Shown piece by piece: positions 10,284 to 20,526 of a stretch of DNA of 63,885 nt (position 1 is the first letter of the stretch; every line of letters begins with the position of its first letter). The position numbers were made by a program, and so were the translations under genes. This stretch comes from an uncultured virus (IMG/VR IMGVR_UViG_3300027704_000010) (taxonomy: Duplodnaviria; Heunggongvirae; Uroviricota; Caudoviricetes). The stretch lies in IMG/VR virus record IMGVR_UViG_3300027704_000010, one strand, 5' to 3'. The notes beneath the pieces were generated by a model that did no database searches, had not been told where the DNA came from, and saw only the letters and a list, made by a program, of their open reading frames with translations.

Positions 10284-11561
10284 ATGTACAAGTATATACT
10301 CACGGCTTTTTTAGCCACTGTGTCTACATCATCATGGGCAACAGACTATGTGTCAGGCGTTGCTGATATTATTAATAACAATTGTGTAGTATGCCATAGA
10401 GCAGGTGGCATAGGACCAATGAGTTTTGAAACGTACGAACAAGTTAGACCATGGGCTCCTCTTATAAGTTATAAAGTAATGACAAGAGAGATGCCTCCAT
10501 ACGCATACGATCATGGAATTGGCATACAAGACTTGCAAGGAGATTGGCGTCTATCTCAAATGGATATAGACACAATTGTGGAATGGGTAGATAAAGGAAG
10601 CCTACGAGGTGATCCTGACATAACGGTGCAGACAGCACAACTACCAGATCCAGAAGCATGGAGTTTCACTGAGCAGTTTGGCTTACCCGATACAGTTATA
10701 CCCAGTGTAGCAATAGACATTCCTGCAAGTGGTAACGACTTATGGCATAAGCATTTAGTTCCGACTGGACTAACAGAGGATCGTTGCATAAAAGCAGTAC
10801 AAGTTAAGCCACGTGGCGAAGCTAAAGCAGTAGTACATCACGCCAACAGTAGTATTATAACTGAGAGCGGTAACCAGGGCATGTTAACAGAATATGCAAT
10901 GGGTAAATGGGGTGAGATAGTACCAGAGGGTGTGTGCAGGACTATTCCAGCAAATGCAGAAGTAAGTTGGGACATTCATATGTACCCAGGTGGATTAGGC
11001 GCAATGGCTCCTGGGAGTGTAATCAAAGACAATGTAGTAGAGATAGGACTTTGGCTATACTCACAAGAAGAAAGTGAAACATTAAAGTATAAGCAAGACT
11101 TATCGTTGTATCGCTTAGGTGACCAAGACGATATAGTTATTGCTCCGAACGGTTATCACATGACACAAGGCTTCCACAGTTTTGACCATCCTGTGAGATT
11201 AGACAGTTTTCAACCACACGGGCATTTAAGAATGAATGCCGCAAGTTTGGAAATATTCTATCCTATCACAGGCAAAACAGAACAAATTAGCCAAGTATCA
11301 AATTGGAGTGCAACATGGCATCACAGTCATTTATATGCTCCAGATGTAGCACCGCTAATTCCAGCTGGTGCAGTTATTGTATTGAAACAATGGTACGACA
11401 ACACATCAGATAACCCAAACAACCCAGACTCTGATATGTGGGTAATGGGCGGTAGTAGAACAGGGGACGAAATGACCCACGCCTGGTTAGCTATAACACA
11501 CTTAGACGAAGAAGGATACACATCACTATTAGACAAACGGAGAGAAAACGGTGCTGACTAA
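10284..11561 (+). CDS. secreted cytochrome c / copper type II monooxygenase (PHM/DBH-like) fusion
   Basis: Signal peptide; CVVCH haem-c motif; VHHA...DIHMY CuH-like and PHGH...DEM CuM-like ligands; GATAAATA at 10198. Confidence 0.75.
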   Translation: MYKYILTAFLATVSTSSWATDYVSGVADIINNNCVVCHRAGGIGPMSFETYEQVRPWAPLISYKVMTREMPPYAYDHGIGIQDLQGDWRLSQMDIDTIVEWVDKGSLRGDPDITVQTAQLPDPEAWSFTEQFGLPDTVIPSVAIDIPASGNDLWHKHLVPTGLTEDRCIKAVQVKPRGEAKAVVHHANSSIITESGNQGMLTEYAMGKWGEIVPEGVCRTIPANAEVSWDIHMYPGGLGAMAPGSVIKDNVVEIGLWLYSQEESETLKYKQDLSLYRLGDQDDIVIAPNGYHMTQGFHSFDHPVRLDSFQPHGHLRMNAASLEIFYPITGKTEQISQVSNWSATWHHSHLYAPDVAPLIPAGAVIVLKQWYDNTSDNPNNPDSDMWVMGGSRTGDEMTHAWLAITHLDEEGYTSLLDKRRENGAD

Positions 11562-11745
11562 AATAGCAAAAACTTTAATACTAGTAGTAACTTTAACGGC
11601 ATGTAGTAGTGTGCCGTTAAAGTTTTCAATAAATCAACAATCACAGTTTGATTACATGCCAGATCCAATAACATGGAATAGGAACATCTTCACTTGTAGA
11701 GCTCAGCCACAATGTAATGCGGCTGATTTGTTTAACAGGTTTTGA
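11551..11745 (+). CDS. small lipoprotein
   Basis: Lipobox LTAC after a hydrophobic stretch. Confidence 0.6.
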   Translation: MLTKIAKTLILVVTLTACSSVPLKFSINQQSQFDYMPDPITWNRNIFTCRAQPQCNAADLFNRF

Positions 11746-11843
11746 TGACTTATGGAATTATGATGTCGCTATGTATTTTTATTAACATTGCGGTATATGT
11801 AATGATAGGCATGTATTTTGAAGGACATGAAGCTTTTAATTAA
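11745..11843 (+). CDS. 32-aa single-TM protein
   Basis: TGATG coupling with the upstream ORF; MTYGIMMSLCIFINIAVYVMIGMYFEGHEAFN. Confidence 0.45.
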   Translation: MTYGIMMSLCIFINIAVYVMIGMYFEGHEAFN

Positions 11844-12390
11844 TTATGGTATTTAAATATGCTACGGTATCGAAATAGTTCATCCGTAAATTAATTGAAA
11901 ACATTTTAGAACTTACATCGATATCTCTGTGGTCACATCCATGTGATAGTTGTACATTTAATGCCATGACTTGACCTGGCATAATATACTTAGATTCATT
12001 TTCCTTCCCATGCGTTATATAGATAGGGTGATCCTCTAGATTGAATAACATATTGCACTTACGAGTAAATGGATTGCCCCAACCTAACAGATAGTCATTA
12101 TGATTTATAACATGTTCGTTTGCAGGAACAGTTTCAAATCCAATACTATGCTCCGCTAACACTTGTATAGGACTTAACAGTTCTTTAACTTTTTCCAAAC
12201 ACGATAAATCTGAAAGCATTAGTATGTCTTGTACTATGTCTGTACGATCTGGATCCTTGTGCATGTAGTATTTGCTTTCGGGTATAGTGTTAACAACTTC
12301 CTGCTCTAGTTCTAGTATTGCAGGTATGTCTAATTTAAAATTATATACGGTGCTGAACTTACTCATTGATGTTGTCTCTCTAGTGTACAT
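11836..12390 (-). CDS. putative 2OG-Fe(II)/cupin oxygenase-like protein
   Basis: HxD (HND) and distal H (LNVQLSHG) in a jelly-roll-like pattern. Confidence 0.5.
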   Translation of the reverse strand: MYTRETTSMSKFSTVYNFKLDIPAILELEQEVVNTIPESKYYMHKDPDRTDIVQDILMLSDLSCLEKVKELLSPIQVLAEHSIGFETVPANEHVINHNDYLLGWGNPFTRKCNMLFNLEDHPIYITHGKENESKYIMPGQVMALNVQLSHGCDHRDIDVSSKMFSINLRMNYFDTVAYLNTIIN

Positions 12391-12466
12391 TAACTGTATT
12401 TATATGCACGGAGACTAGCTATTACCGATTTTTTAGTAAAAGTTACCAGAAAAACTGGTAAAAAAC

Positions 12467-12495
12467 TTGACATAGAAGCAGTTTCCTAGTATAAT
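12467..12495 (+). promoter_or_regulatory. sigma70 early promoter
   Basis: TTGACA-17 nt-TATAAT, perfect consensus. Confidence 0.85.
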
Positions 12496-12526
12496 ATACA
12501 CTTAGTTTAGCAAAAAGGATAACACT

Positions 12527-12844
12527 ATGATAGAGATACTACAAGAAGTAACTGACTGGGGCAAGTACTCTGTTAACAATGGGATTTACCATGTTAATGG
12601 TGCTGGGCAACTAGTTGCATACAAGCCATCCGAAACTGCTGAACTTAAAACGTTTAAGAATCCGTTAAAGCAGTTTAGCAAAAGCAGACGTAAGTTTGTT
12701 AAGTTAGGTGAGGCAGACGAGCAATTAGCAGATGATGTTGTTGTTGTTCAAGGCAGTAACGGTAAGACTTACACGATACAGGACGGTAAATGTAGTTGTC
12801 CTGGCTACACATATAGGGGAAATTGTAAACATGTTAACAAATAA
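12527..12844 (+). CDS. SWIM zinc-finger protein
   Basis: CSCPGYTYRGNCKH. Confidence 0.75.
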   Translation: MIEILQEVTDWGKYSVNNGIYHVNGAGQLVAYKPSETAELKTFKNPLKQFSKSRRKFVKLGEADEQLADDVVVVQGSNGKTYTIQDGKCSCPGYTYRGNCKHVNK

Positions 12845-12860
12845 AAAGGGGAATACGCAA

Positions 12861-15215
12861 ATGATTAATTTCTGTGCAATACTTTTATCATTAGGCTTAG
12901 GTGCATGTGCAAGTGGCGGCGGCAGTACAACTGCACCCACCCCAACTGTAGTAACACCTCCAACAACGGTTACTACATCACCTGACAAGCGAATACAGTT
13001 TGAGACTTTTTCAGATAACTTTGAAAATACTAATAGTGCGTTAGGTTATAACAATGTGTCTTATGGTGTAGGCGATTATAATGATACAACTTGGGTTAAC
13101 GGCAAATACACTGTTGAAGACTTTGCATTTTTGCAAGTTACTATTAATGGTAGTCACGGCGGCAAAGACTTAAACAATCCAGACTCAGACGAATATACAG
13201 GTCCAGGTGCTTGGATGACCAATGCAAGTTATGTTATAGAAAATGATATCAACCAAGATGGACATAACGACTTTGTTGTGTGGGTACAAACATTCGGTGA
13301 CCGAAATACGATACCTGGCACACGAGCATTACAATTTATTAATGACGGCGAAGGACACTTTGCATTAGATTGTAGTGTGTTTGATAACGGAGTATGTCCG
13401 TTAGTGTATGGACAAGATTCGACTATGACTAACATGGGTTGGTATAACGGAGAAGATGCGCCTGTACAAGAATACAACATGGGTATTGCACACCAATACG
13501 ATTTAAACGGCGACGGTAATAAAGACTTGTTTAACACAGGTAACTTGTGGTTAACTGATAATGGCAAATTTATAAAGTCGCATGATAACTTGCCAGACTT
13601 TATGCTTTCAAACAAAAATAAAGATGGGGTCGAAGTTGGATTGATGGTTCATGACCATGCTGTAGGTGATTTAAATGGAGACGGCTTTAATGACATCTTT
13701 ATGCCTAACACAATACCCGTTGCTGATATGGGTACGAACGGTGGGAACGGATACAAGTTCTTTATGCTAAATGACGGATCAGGTAACTTTAAAGACACTA
13801 GGTTCAAAGTAGGTCATGATACTCACTTTGCGACATCTACAACAATAGCAGATTTTGATGGTGACGGTTTTGGAGATATTGCACTAGGCTGGAGTCAAGG
13901 CGCCTATGTTTCCTTAGGTGGAGATAGTGTAGGTGGCATTTATTGGGGCAACACTGAATCAGATTACACAACAGACTACACCGCATTACCTCCTGGGTAT
14001 TATGAATATAATATTGCATTCGATATGCAGGCAACGGATGTTAATGCAGACGGCTTACTAGACTTAGTTATAGCAAACACAGACGGCGAAAATTATTATC
14101 AAGGGCATGTGTTACAGTTCTTAACTAACAACGGCGACAGAACATTTGACCATGCGGCATTTAGGGCCGAAGAGTTAATAGAAGGAATTAACAACGGCGT
14201 GAACCACATTTATATACTAGACTTCAATCATGATGGCATTGACGATATACTAGTTACTTCACAAGACCGAGCGTATGCTATGATTAACAATGGCGATGGC
14301 ACTTACACAGAAACTAGCCAGTTTGCTGTACCAGATAATAATCCTGTATTTAATATGTTATTCCCTGTTGAAGTAGATGGCAAATATGATTACGACTTTA
14401 TTGGTGCAAATATTATGCAACCATCAGACACACAAACAATTACTAGTTTCTTTATTAGTTTAGATCCACCGTCGCAGTTACAAGAAATGAGATCAGAACT
14501 ACTTAATAAGCCATTGCAGTACGCACAGACTATTGCTGATAATAAAACATTGTTCCATAATATTAAAAATGCAACACTTAGCGACAATGTGTTTATGGCA
14601 AGAAATAGTGTTACAGGTATTCAAGGTTACTCGCACAATTTTGATAACATAGGTGTTACAGTAGGCAACACATCTAACGGTGCATTAGTATACTTGGACA
14701 AGCAAACAGGACAATTCCATTACGGTTTAGGTTATATGACAGACAAGATCGGTGCTAACAGTAACGGCAAATGGTATGGCAACGGTACTGCTGAATTAGA
14801 TGTTTCTACACTAAATGCATTTGCAGAATATACTACTCCTATACTACCTAACCTACATGTTACAACGGGCCTAGCAATGTATAAGACGTCAGTACAAGGC
14901 TTTACAGAAGAAAACAGTCAGTACAACATCACAGTAAAAGACTTTACTTTAAACGATGCAGAATTATATGTAGATGTAACAGGTATGCACACATCAGTGT
15001 ACGGAAATACATACTTAACATTAGGTACTAGTATGCACCAGAGCTTGAGTAATACAAGCATTGTGTGGGACGGTGGATTGGTATCTGAATTTAGTAACAA
15101 TGATGTTGCATTTAGGACTACACTAATGCACACATATAAAATGTTCTATGCTAAAGCAACTACTAGTTCAGTTGATGGCGACACATTAGAAATAGGATTT
15201 AACTTACAGTTTTAA
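12861..15215 (+). CDS. lipoprotein with FG-GAP/VCBS repeats and C-terminal autotransporter-like beta domain
   Basis: Start at ATG 12861 gives lipobox LGAC; repeated DxNxDGxxD motifs; amphipathic C-terminus ending LEIGFNLQF. Confidence 0.7.
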   Translation: MINFCAILLSLGLGACASGGGSTTAPTPTVVTPPTTVTTSPDKRIQFETFSDNFENTNSALGYNNVSYGVGDYNDTTWVNGKYTVEDFAFLQVTINGSHGGKDLNNPDSDEYTGPGAWMTNASYVIENDINQDGHNDFVVWVQTFGDRNTIPGTRALQFINDGEGHFALDCSVFDNGVCPLVYGQDSTMTNMGWYNGEDAPVQEYNMGIAHQYDLNGDGNKDLFNTGNLWLTDNGKFIKSHDNLPDFMLSNKNKDGVEVGLMVHDHAVGDLNGDGFNDIFMPNTIPVADMGTNGGNGYKFFMLNDGSGNFKDTRFKVGHDTHFATSTTIADFDGDGFGDIALGWSQGAYVSLGGDSVGGIYWGNTESDYTTDYTALPPGYYEYNIAFDMQATDVNADGLLDLVIANTDGENYYQGHVLQFLTNNGDRTFDHAAFRAEELIEGINNGVNHIYILDFNHDGIDDILVTSQDRAYAMINNGDGTYTETSQFAVPDNNPVFNMLFPVEVDGKYDYDFIGANIMQPSDTQTITSFFISLDPPSQLQEMRSELLNKPLQYAQTIADNKTLFHNIKNATLSDNVFMARNSVTGIQGYSHNFDNIGVTVGNTSNGALVYLDKQTGQFHYGLGYMTDKIGANSNGKWYGNGTAELDVSTLNAFAEYTTPILPNLHVTTGLAMYKTSVQGFTEENSQYNITVKDFTLNDAELYVDVTGMHTSVYGNTYLTLGTSMHQSLSNTSIVWDGGLVSEFSNNDVAFRTTLMHTYKMFYAKATTSSVDGDTLEIGFNLQF

Positions 15216-15448
15216 TCCATCCAGTCTTGACTCTTGTCACCGCTCTTCATTTTGTTGTAGCGGTTTAAGGTCTTTATAAGTTCTTCACGCTCAGATGGAC
15301 TCAGGTGCCAACCCTCAGTATACGAAACGGCACCCTCACTAAAAATAGCCAGCTCGGCTACTTGTTTAGAAATTGCTTGACCTTCTTTCTCGAGTTTACC
15401 TAAGTAGGCTGAAATTTCTTCAGGCTCGGCTGACCCTAGGAACCCGTG
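15212..15448 (-). CDS. gp51-like chaperone extension, reachable by -1 frameshift from the gp26-like gene
   Basis: 78-codon open -1 frame with no ATG/GTG/TTG near its start; GAVSYTEGWHLSPSEREELI motif; slippery T-TTT-TTC at 15454-15448. Confidence 0.65.
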   Translation of the reverse strand, partial: HGFLGSAEPEEISAYLGKLEKEGQAISKQVAELAIFSEGAVSYTEGWHLSPSEREELIKTLNRYNKMKSGDKSQDWMD

Positions 15449-16314
15449 AAAAAATTTACAGGATCAAAGTTAATAGTAGAATTAAATGTGTTATCACATT
15501 CTTCATTGCTACATTCAACTTGCACCTCGTTATTAACACCCTTAGCATTAATGCTATTGATAAATGCTTCAATTTCTTTTCCAACGTTGTTATCAGTATT
15601 CTCTAAAAACTCTCTAATAACTTTTTTGTCTTTAATAACAGCATCTTCGCCCTTCTCATCTTGAAAACTAACACTATAAATAGCATCAATCAATAACTCG
15701 AAGTTTAAGTCTGCTAGTTTAACAAAACTAGTATTAAATGCTTTTAGCCTTTCCATGTCGTCGTCTAATGCAGAAATACTTTGCATACTTCTTGTACTTT
15801 GGAAACTGGCAACACCTGCCTTAATAGTGTTCTTATAACTAAATGGCATACCTGAAATAACAAGTCCGTTTGCAAGAGTAACTTCGTAGACATCGTCTAG
15901 TTCTTCCATTGTCTGCAAACTTTGTGCAACACTTACAGTTACGTCAGTAGTAGTTTCGCACTTTGGACACTTAGCGGCAACATCAACATCATCACCACCA
16001 CTTGCACCTCTAATTGCAATTAGTAATGCATCTACGTCAGCACTATATAAATCTCTTGCATTTTTAATTTCTGGTACACATGAATGGATCAATGAAGCAA
16101 CTGCCTCACCGTTTAATAAAGCATCTGGATTTTTTAATAACAACTCATCTTTAGTAGTCATTGGATAAATTGCTAATTCTTGGGTACTATCATCATTGAA
16201 TACGACAATACCTTCGTCATAAAATTTACCACCACTAGGGATTTTTGTGAATATCTTTGGTGCTCTGAAGTAGGCACTTAACGGATTCTGCGTTTTGTTC
16301 ATATTTTTGCTCAT
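15436..16314 (-). CDS. baseplate hub assembly chaperone (T4 gp26-like)
   Basis: IPSGGKFY, YPMTTKDELLL, LLIAIR, CPKC and C-x4-C motifs, ends NFF. Confidence 0.8.
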   Translation of the reverse strand: MSKNMNKTQNPLSAYFRAPKIFTKIPSGGKFYDEGIVVFNDDSTQELAIYPMTTKDELLLKNPDALLNGEAVASLIHSCVPEIKNARDLYSADVDALLIAIRGASGGDDVDVAAKCPKCETTTDVTVSVAQSLQTMEELDDVYEVTLANGLVISGMPFSYKNTIKAGVASFQSTRSMQSISALDDDMERLKAFNTSFVKLADLNFELLIDAIYSVSFQDEKGEDAVIKDKKVIREFLENTDNNVGKEIEAFINSINAKGVNNEVQVECSNEECDNTFNSTINFDPVNFFTGS

Positions 16315-16337
16315 TAAAACTCCTGTTAATTCTTTAA

Positions 16338-16394
16338 GATAAATACGTTTGTAGTTAAATTTTTATCTAATGATTAACTTAGTACTTATTTATC
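16338..16394. promoter_or_regulatory. pair of late promoter boxes serving the divergent gp26 and tape-measure genes
   Basis: GATAAATA at 16338 (+) and at 16387-16394 (-). Confidence 0.55.
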
Positions 16395-16426
16395 TACATT
16401 AAAACTAGTTTTAAAGGAAATACTGA

Positions 16427-19400
16427 GTGGCAGTTGAATTTAACATAGAAGGACAGAATTTTCGTTTCCCAGATTGGGCAACAGAATCCACCATGGAAGA
16501 AGTATCCAAAGTACTTCAAGAGATTGCAAAAAATAACGGTGTGTCAGACAAAGACCTTAAAGCACTAGTAGAGAACAATAAGAAGATGCATTTAGCAATA
16601 ACTAACAATGCAAAAGACGAAAAAAGTTCTGACAAAGCTAGACAGGAAGAGGCTAAAGAAGCCGGCGGGTTCTTACAAGAAATGATTAGGGGCATCAAAG
16701 GTAACGAAGATGCTATCAGAGACGGCAATAAAGTAGACAAAAAGGAATATAAATCCTTTGCTACTAAAGTTATAGACGACTTTGAAAACACAGGCGAACA
16801 ACTTGTCGGAGCAGTAGGCTTTGTTGGCGGAGGCGTATTTAAAGCAGGTATGCTACTTGGCGGCGCGGCAGTAACAGGCGCAGGCTTTATTAGTAAAGCA
16901 ATGATGGGCGCCGGCAGTGCAATTAACGACCTTACTTCAGTTGGTATTGGGTTTAACAGTACTTACACTGATATGGGTAAAACTACTACCCAAGCAATTG
17001 GACAACTGGGTGCATTGGGCGACGGTTTTGCAGGTGCGGCACAGAGAATGGCAAATTCTTCTAGTGTAATAGCAACTCAGGGCTTTGGTAGATTTACTGA
17101 CACAATGAAATTTGCGGCAGACACGTCAGAGGAACTTGGTTTAAGTTTCCAGGACAGCATGGATCGTTTTGGACAAGCATTAGATAGACGACAAGCAATG
17201 TTAAACTTGGGTAATGTTGACCAGGGAAGATTAAACCAACAAGTAGCAAGAACAACAAGATTACAACAAGCATACTCAACAGCAATTGGTGTGAGTACAG
17301 CAGAATTACAAAACTTTGTAAGTCAGCTATTAGACGAAGGTCAATTAACAGCAACACTTCTGCAATTTAACGATGCAGTACGAAGTGATGTTATTGGCGG
17401 CATAGAAGTATTTGCTTCTGGCATGGCGGCTATGGGCGGAAAAGCAGGAGCCGATCTTGCAACAGCATTCCAGGAAGCGGCGAATACAAGTGCTATTGGA
17501 ATGAGCCAAGCGGCTATTGGTATGGTAACAGCATTACCTAATCTTCAAGGCCCGATGAACGAATATATAACAGCAGTACAAAACGGCACATTAAGCCAAG
17601 ACCAAGCACAAGGAATGGTAGAAGGTCTAACGTCGACACTAGGCAATCTTAGCCACAGTGAAAAACAACGTATCAGAGCAATGGCTAACATTGGCGACGA
17701 ATCAGCAAAAACTATGGCAAACGCTATAGCACAGTTTGAACAGTCCGAAAGCAAAATGAAAGATATTAATAAATCATTAGGCACAGGCTTTCAAATGGAC
17801 TTAGTACAAAAGGGTACTAACCAATTTAATAAAGTAATGGCACAGATATCAGGCGGAGCCCAGAATGCATTCTACAGTTTATTCTCAGATCCAGAAGTAA
17901 CAGGAGCAATATCAGACGGCTTCAAAGAAATACTAGACATCTTTGGCTTTGGCGTAGACGATATGAGTGGAGCCGCAATGAGTATGGGCGACAGAGTAGG
18001 CAAAATGGCGACAACTTTAGCTAAATGGATTAAAGTAGCGGCAGATCAATTAGCAGACTTTGCCCAATATATCAAAACAGCTTTCGATAAAGACGGCTTC
18101 GCTGGAGTGATTCAGACACTGTTAGGAGACATAGGCTCAGCAATAACTTCTGGCCTATTAAAGTTGCTAGCCGCGGCAGTTCCTGTGATAATTGCATTGT
18201 CGACGGCGAAAGCCCTTGCAGTTCAGGCAGTTACCGGAAAAGTACAAGCCGGAGTTGGTGGAGCACTTGCAGACACGATAAAGAATAGAGTATCAAGTAG
18301 CGGTGCCACATCAGTTGGAAGCGGCTTGGAAGCGGCAGGCAGTAAAGCCACTGATATCACCGAATCAGCATTATCCGGAGGCGGCAAAACAGGCGGCTTC
18401 CTACAAAGAATAGCAGATGGCGTTAAGAAATTTGGCGACACTAAAGTACTTAAAGGCGCGGCGGCAATTGCATTATTAGGTGCATCAGTTGGATTAGCGG
18501 CTGTAGGACTTAAACAGTTCAATGATGTAGAGTGGACTTCAATTGTAAAAGGCACAATTGCACTAGGCGGATTGGCGGCACTAGCCACGGTGCTAGGTAA
18601 AGCATCAGGATCGATGCTCACAGGAGCGGCGGCGATAGCACTATTAGGATTATCAATTCTTCCATTAGGCAAAGGACTCCAATTAATGAAAGATGTTGGT
18701 CTTAAAACAATTGGCGTGTTGGCGGCAGGACTTGTAGTATTAGGTATAGCGGCGGCAGGACTTAGTTTTATATCACCATTTATTATAACAGGCGCAATAG
18801 CCATTGGAGCATTGGGTCTTGCATTAATACCATTAGGTCTTGCTATGCAGTTAATTAATGAGCCTCTTAAAAACTTCGGCCCTAGCTTATCAGCACTGGC
18901 AGACGTTGACGGTGGTGGACTAATGAATACAGCAGGCGGATTATTGGCAGTAGGAGCCGCTATGACGCTAATGGCCCCTATGTTACCATTTATGCTTATT
19001 GGCTCTATGGCAGGACCTGTTATGGAGAGACTAGCAGATTCATTATATGCATTTAACCGTGTGGATATGAAAAACTTGAGTATGGCTGGCGGCGCAATGA
19101 AGTCACTTGGTGGCGGCATGAGTGCTATGAGCGGCGGTACATTAATGAGCGGTATCAAAGACGGCATCGGAGCATTGTTTGGAGCAGACAGTCCTATAGA
19201 AAAAATGAAAAAGTTTATCGACGGACTTGCTGGCATTAGTGTAAAGCCGTTATTAATTATAGCTAAAGGGTTTGTATTATTACAACAGGCAATAATAAAA
19301 CTACCTGTAACATTACTTAACACAATGGCACGAATGAATGAAATGAGCGACATGTTCCTACTGTTAGCAGAAGAATCTAGATTCATAATGATATTTGGAA

Positions 19401-20464
19401 GTAACATAACTAAGTTCGCTGTTAATATGAAACATGTTGGAGACTCGTTTGAGAAAATGGGCGACGACCCATTTGTTATATTCGACAATTTAGAAAGCCA
19501 ATCTAAACACATGGGAATGTTTGCCACAAGTACAGCACAACTTAATGAAGCATTAGGTAATTTCGACGGAGCCGGTATTGGTCAAGGGTTCTACATAATG
19601 GGCGATGGCATAGCCTATCTAGCACAGCAAATAGCCGATATAAACTTCGCAGATTTATTAAAAATAGCGGCATTAGGATTAATAGGCGGTAGTAGTTCAG
19701 CAGGAGCCAAGCAAGTAAACACAGACATGTCAAACGTTCCTACTAGTAAAGCAGGACAGAAAGCACTACAAAAAACTAGTGCGCCATTAGTAGAAAAAGG
19801 TATAACTAAAACACCAACAGTTATCGAAGATCTCTTGAGCGAAGATGACTGGGGTATTGCTAGTACATCGTTAAAAGAGTTAACAGAAAGACTACAAACA
19901 GCCACAGCCGCCCTCGAAAAAGGCCCCGACATTGATTCGATGGATTATATGGATGACGAACAAAGGCTTAAGAACGATGTGATGTGGGCAAAGATGGACA
20001 TTAGAAGTAAGAAAGATCAGATGGCTGGCGGAACTGGCAGTTTTGCAGAGACAACAACAACGGGCATAGGAAGACCAGAAGCTTTGCCAATTGGTGAGAC
20101 TTCGGACTATGATGATGAAGACATCTTCGACTCTGTGCCGATACCTACGGCAATAGATAGGTCACCGGCTGGCAGAGCCAAACGAAGAAGAGAACAGTTA
20201 GAGAAGAGAAAGGGTGGCGACTTAACTGGATTTAATGGCAACACTGGAACAGATGTTGACACAGCCGCACAATTCCCAGAAACTAAAAAGCAAAAAGATA
20301 CCAAGCCCAAAGTAGATACTACTATGGACGACTTCAATTCAAAACCAACCTCAACAACCCCAACTCCTAACGAAGATAGGATAGGCGAACTAATATCATT
20401 ACAGACCGAAAATAACAAGCTATTAAAGGCTCAAATCAAAGCTACTAAAGTTCTAAACGACTAA
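16427..20464 (+). CDS. tail tape measure protein
   Basis: 1345 aa, Ala/Gly-rich helical with central hydrophobic repeats; adjacent to the chaperone gene. Confidence 0.75.
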   Translation: MAVEFNIEGQNFRFPDWATESTMEEVSKVLQEIAKNNGVSDKDLKALVENNKKMHLAITNNAKDEKSSDKARQEEAKEAGGFLQEMIRGIKGNEDAIRDGNKVDKKEYKSFATKVIDDFENTGEQLVGAVGFVGGGVFKAGMLLGGAAVTGAGFISKAMMGAGSAINDLTSVGIGFNSTYTDMGKTTTQAIGQLGALGDGFAGAAQRMANSSSVIATQGFGRFTDTMKFAADTSEELGLSFQDSMDRFGQALDRRQAMLNLGNVDQGRLNQQVARTTRLQQAYSTAIGVSTAELQNFVSQLLDEGQLTATLLQFNDAVRSDVIGGIEVFASGMAAMGGKAGADLATAFQEAANTSAIGMSQAAIGMVTALPNLQGPMNEYITAVQNGTLSQDQAQGMVEGLTSTLGNLSHSEKQRIRAMANIGDESAKTMANAIAQFEQSESKMKDINKSLGTGFQMDLVQKGTNQFNKVMAQISGGAQNAFYSLFSDPEVTGAISDGFKEILDIFGFGVDDMSGAAMSMGDRVGKMATTLAKWIKVAADQLADFAQYIKTAFDKDGFAGVIQTLLGDIGSAITSGLLKLLAAAVPVIIALSTAKALAVQAVTGKVQAGVGGALADTIKNRVSSSGATSVGSGLEAAGSKATDITESALSGGGKTGGFLQRIADGVKKFGDTKVLKGAAAIALLGASVGLAAVGLKQFNDVEWTSIVKGTIALGGLAALATVLGKASGSMLTGAAAIALLGLSILPLGKGLQLMKDVGLKTIGVLAAGLVVLGIAAAGLSFISPFIITGAIAIGALGLALIPLGLAMQLINEPLKNFGPSLSALADVDGGGLMNTAGGLLAVGAAMTLMAPMLPFMLIGSMAGPVMERLADSLYAFNRVDMKNLSMAGGAMKSLGGGMSAMSGGTLMSGIKDGIGALFGADSPIEKMKKFIDGLAGISVKPLLIIAKGFVLLQQAIIKLPVTLLNTMARMNEMSDMFLLLAEESRFIMIFGSNITKFAVNMKHVGDSFEKMGDDPFVIFDNLESQSKHMGMFATSTAQLNEALGNFDGAGIGQGFYIMGDGIAYLAQQIADINFADLLKIAALGLIGGSSSAGAKQVNTDMSNVPTSKAGQKALQKTSAPLVEKGITKTPTVIEDLLSEDDWGIASTSLKELTERLQTATAALEKGPDIDSMDYMDDEQRLKNDVMWAKMDIRSKKDQMAGGTGSFAETTTTGIGRPEALPIGETSDYDDEDIFDSVPIPTAIDRSPAGRAKRRREQLEKRKGGDLTGFNGNTGTDVDTAAQFPETKKQKDTKPKVDTTMDDFNSKPTSTTPTPNEDRIGELISLQTENNKLLKAQIKATKVLND

Positions 20465-20476
20465 TTTCAAAAAGAC

Positions 20477-20505
20477 TTGACATTATTTCATTAAAGTGAT
20501 AAATA
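20477..20505 (+). promoter_or_regulatory. portal promoter (TTGACA-17-TAAATA containing GATAAATA late box)
   Basis: Motif seen directly. Confidence 0.55.
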
Positions 20506-20526
20506 TACGCATATAAAGGAACTTTT

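Noticed and set aside
12732..12860. N-terminal extension of the 827-aa ORF
   Set aside because: Overlaps the SWIM gene; ATG 12861 yields a proper lipoprotein signal
18223..19527. 434-aa antisense ORF
   Set aside because: Mirror of the Ala/Gly-rich tape-measure gene; no RBS or motif
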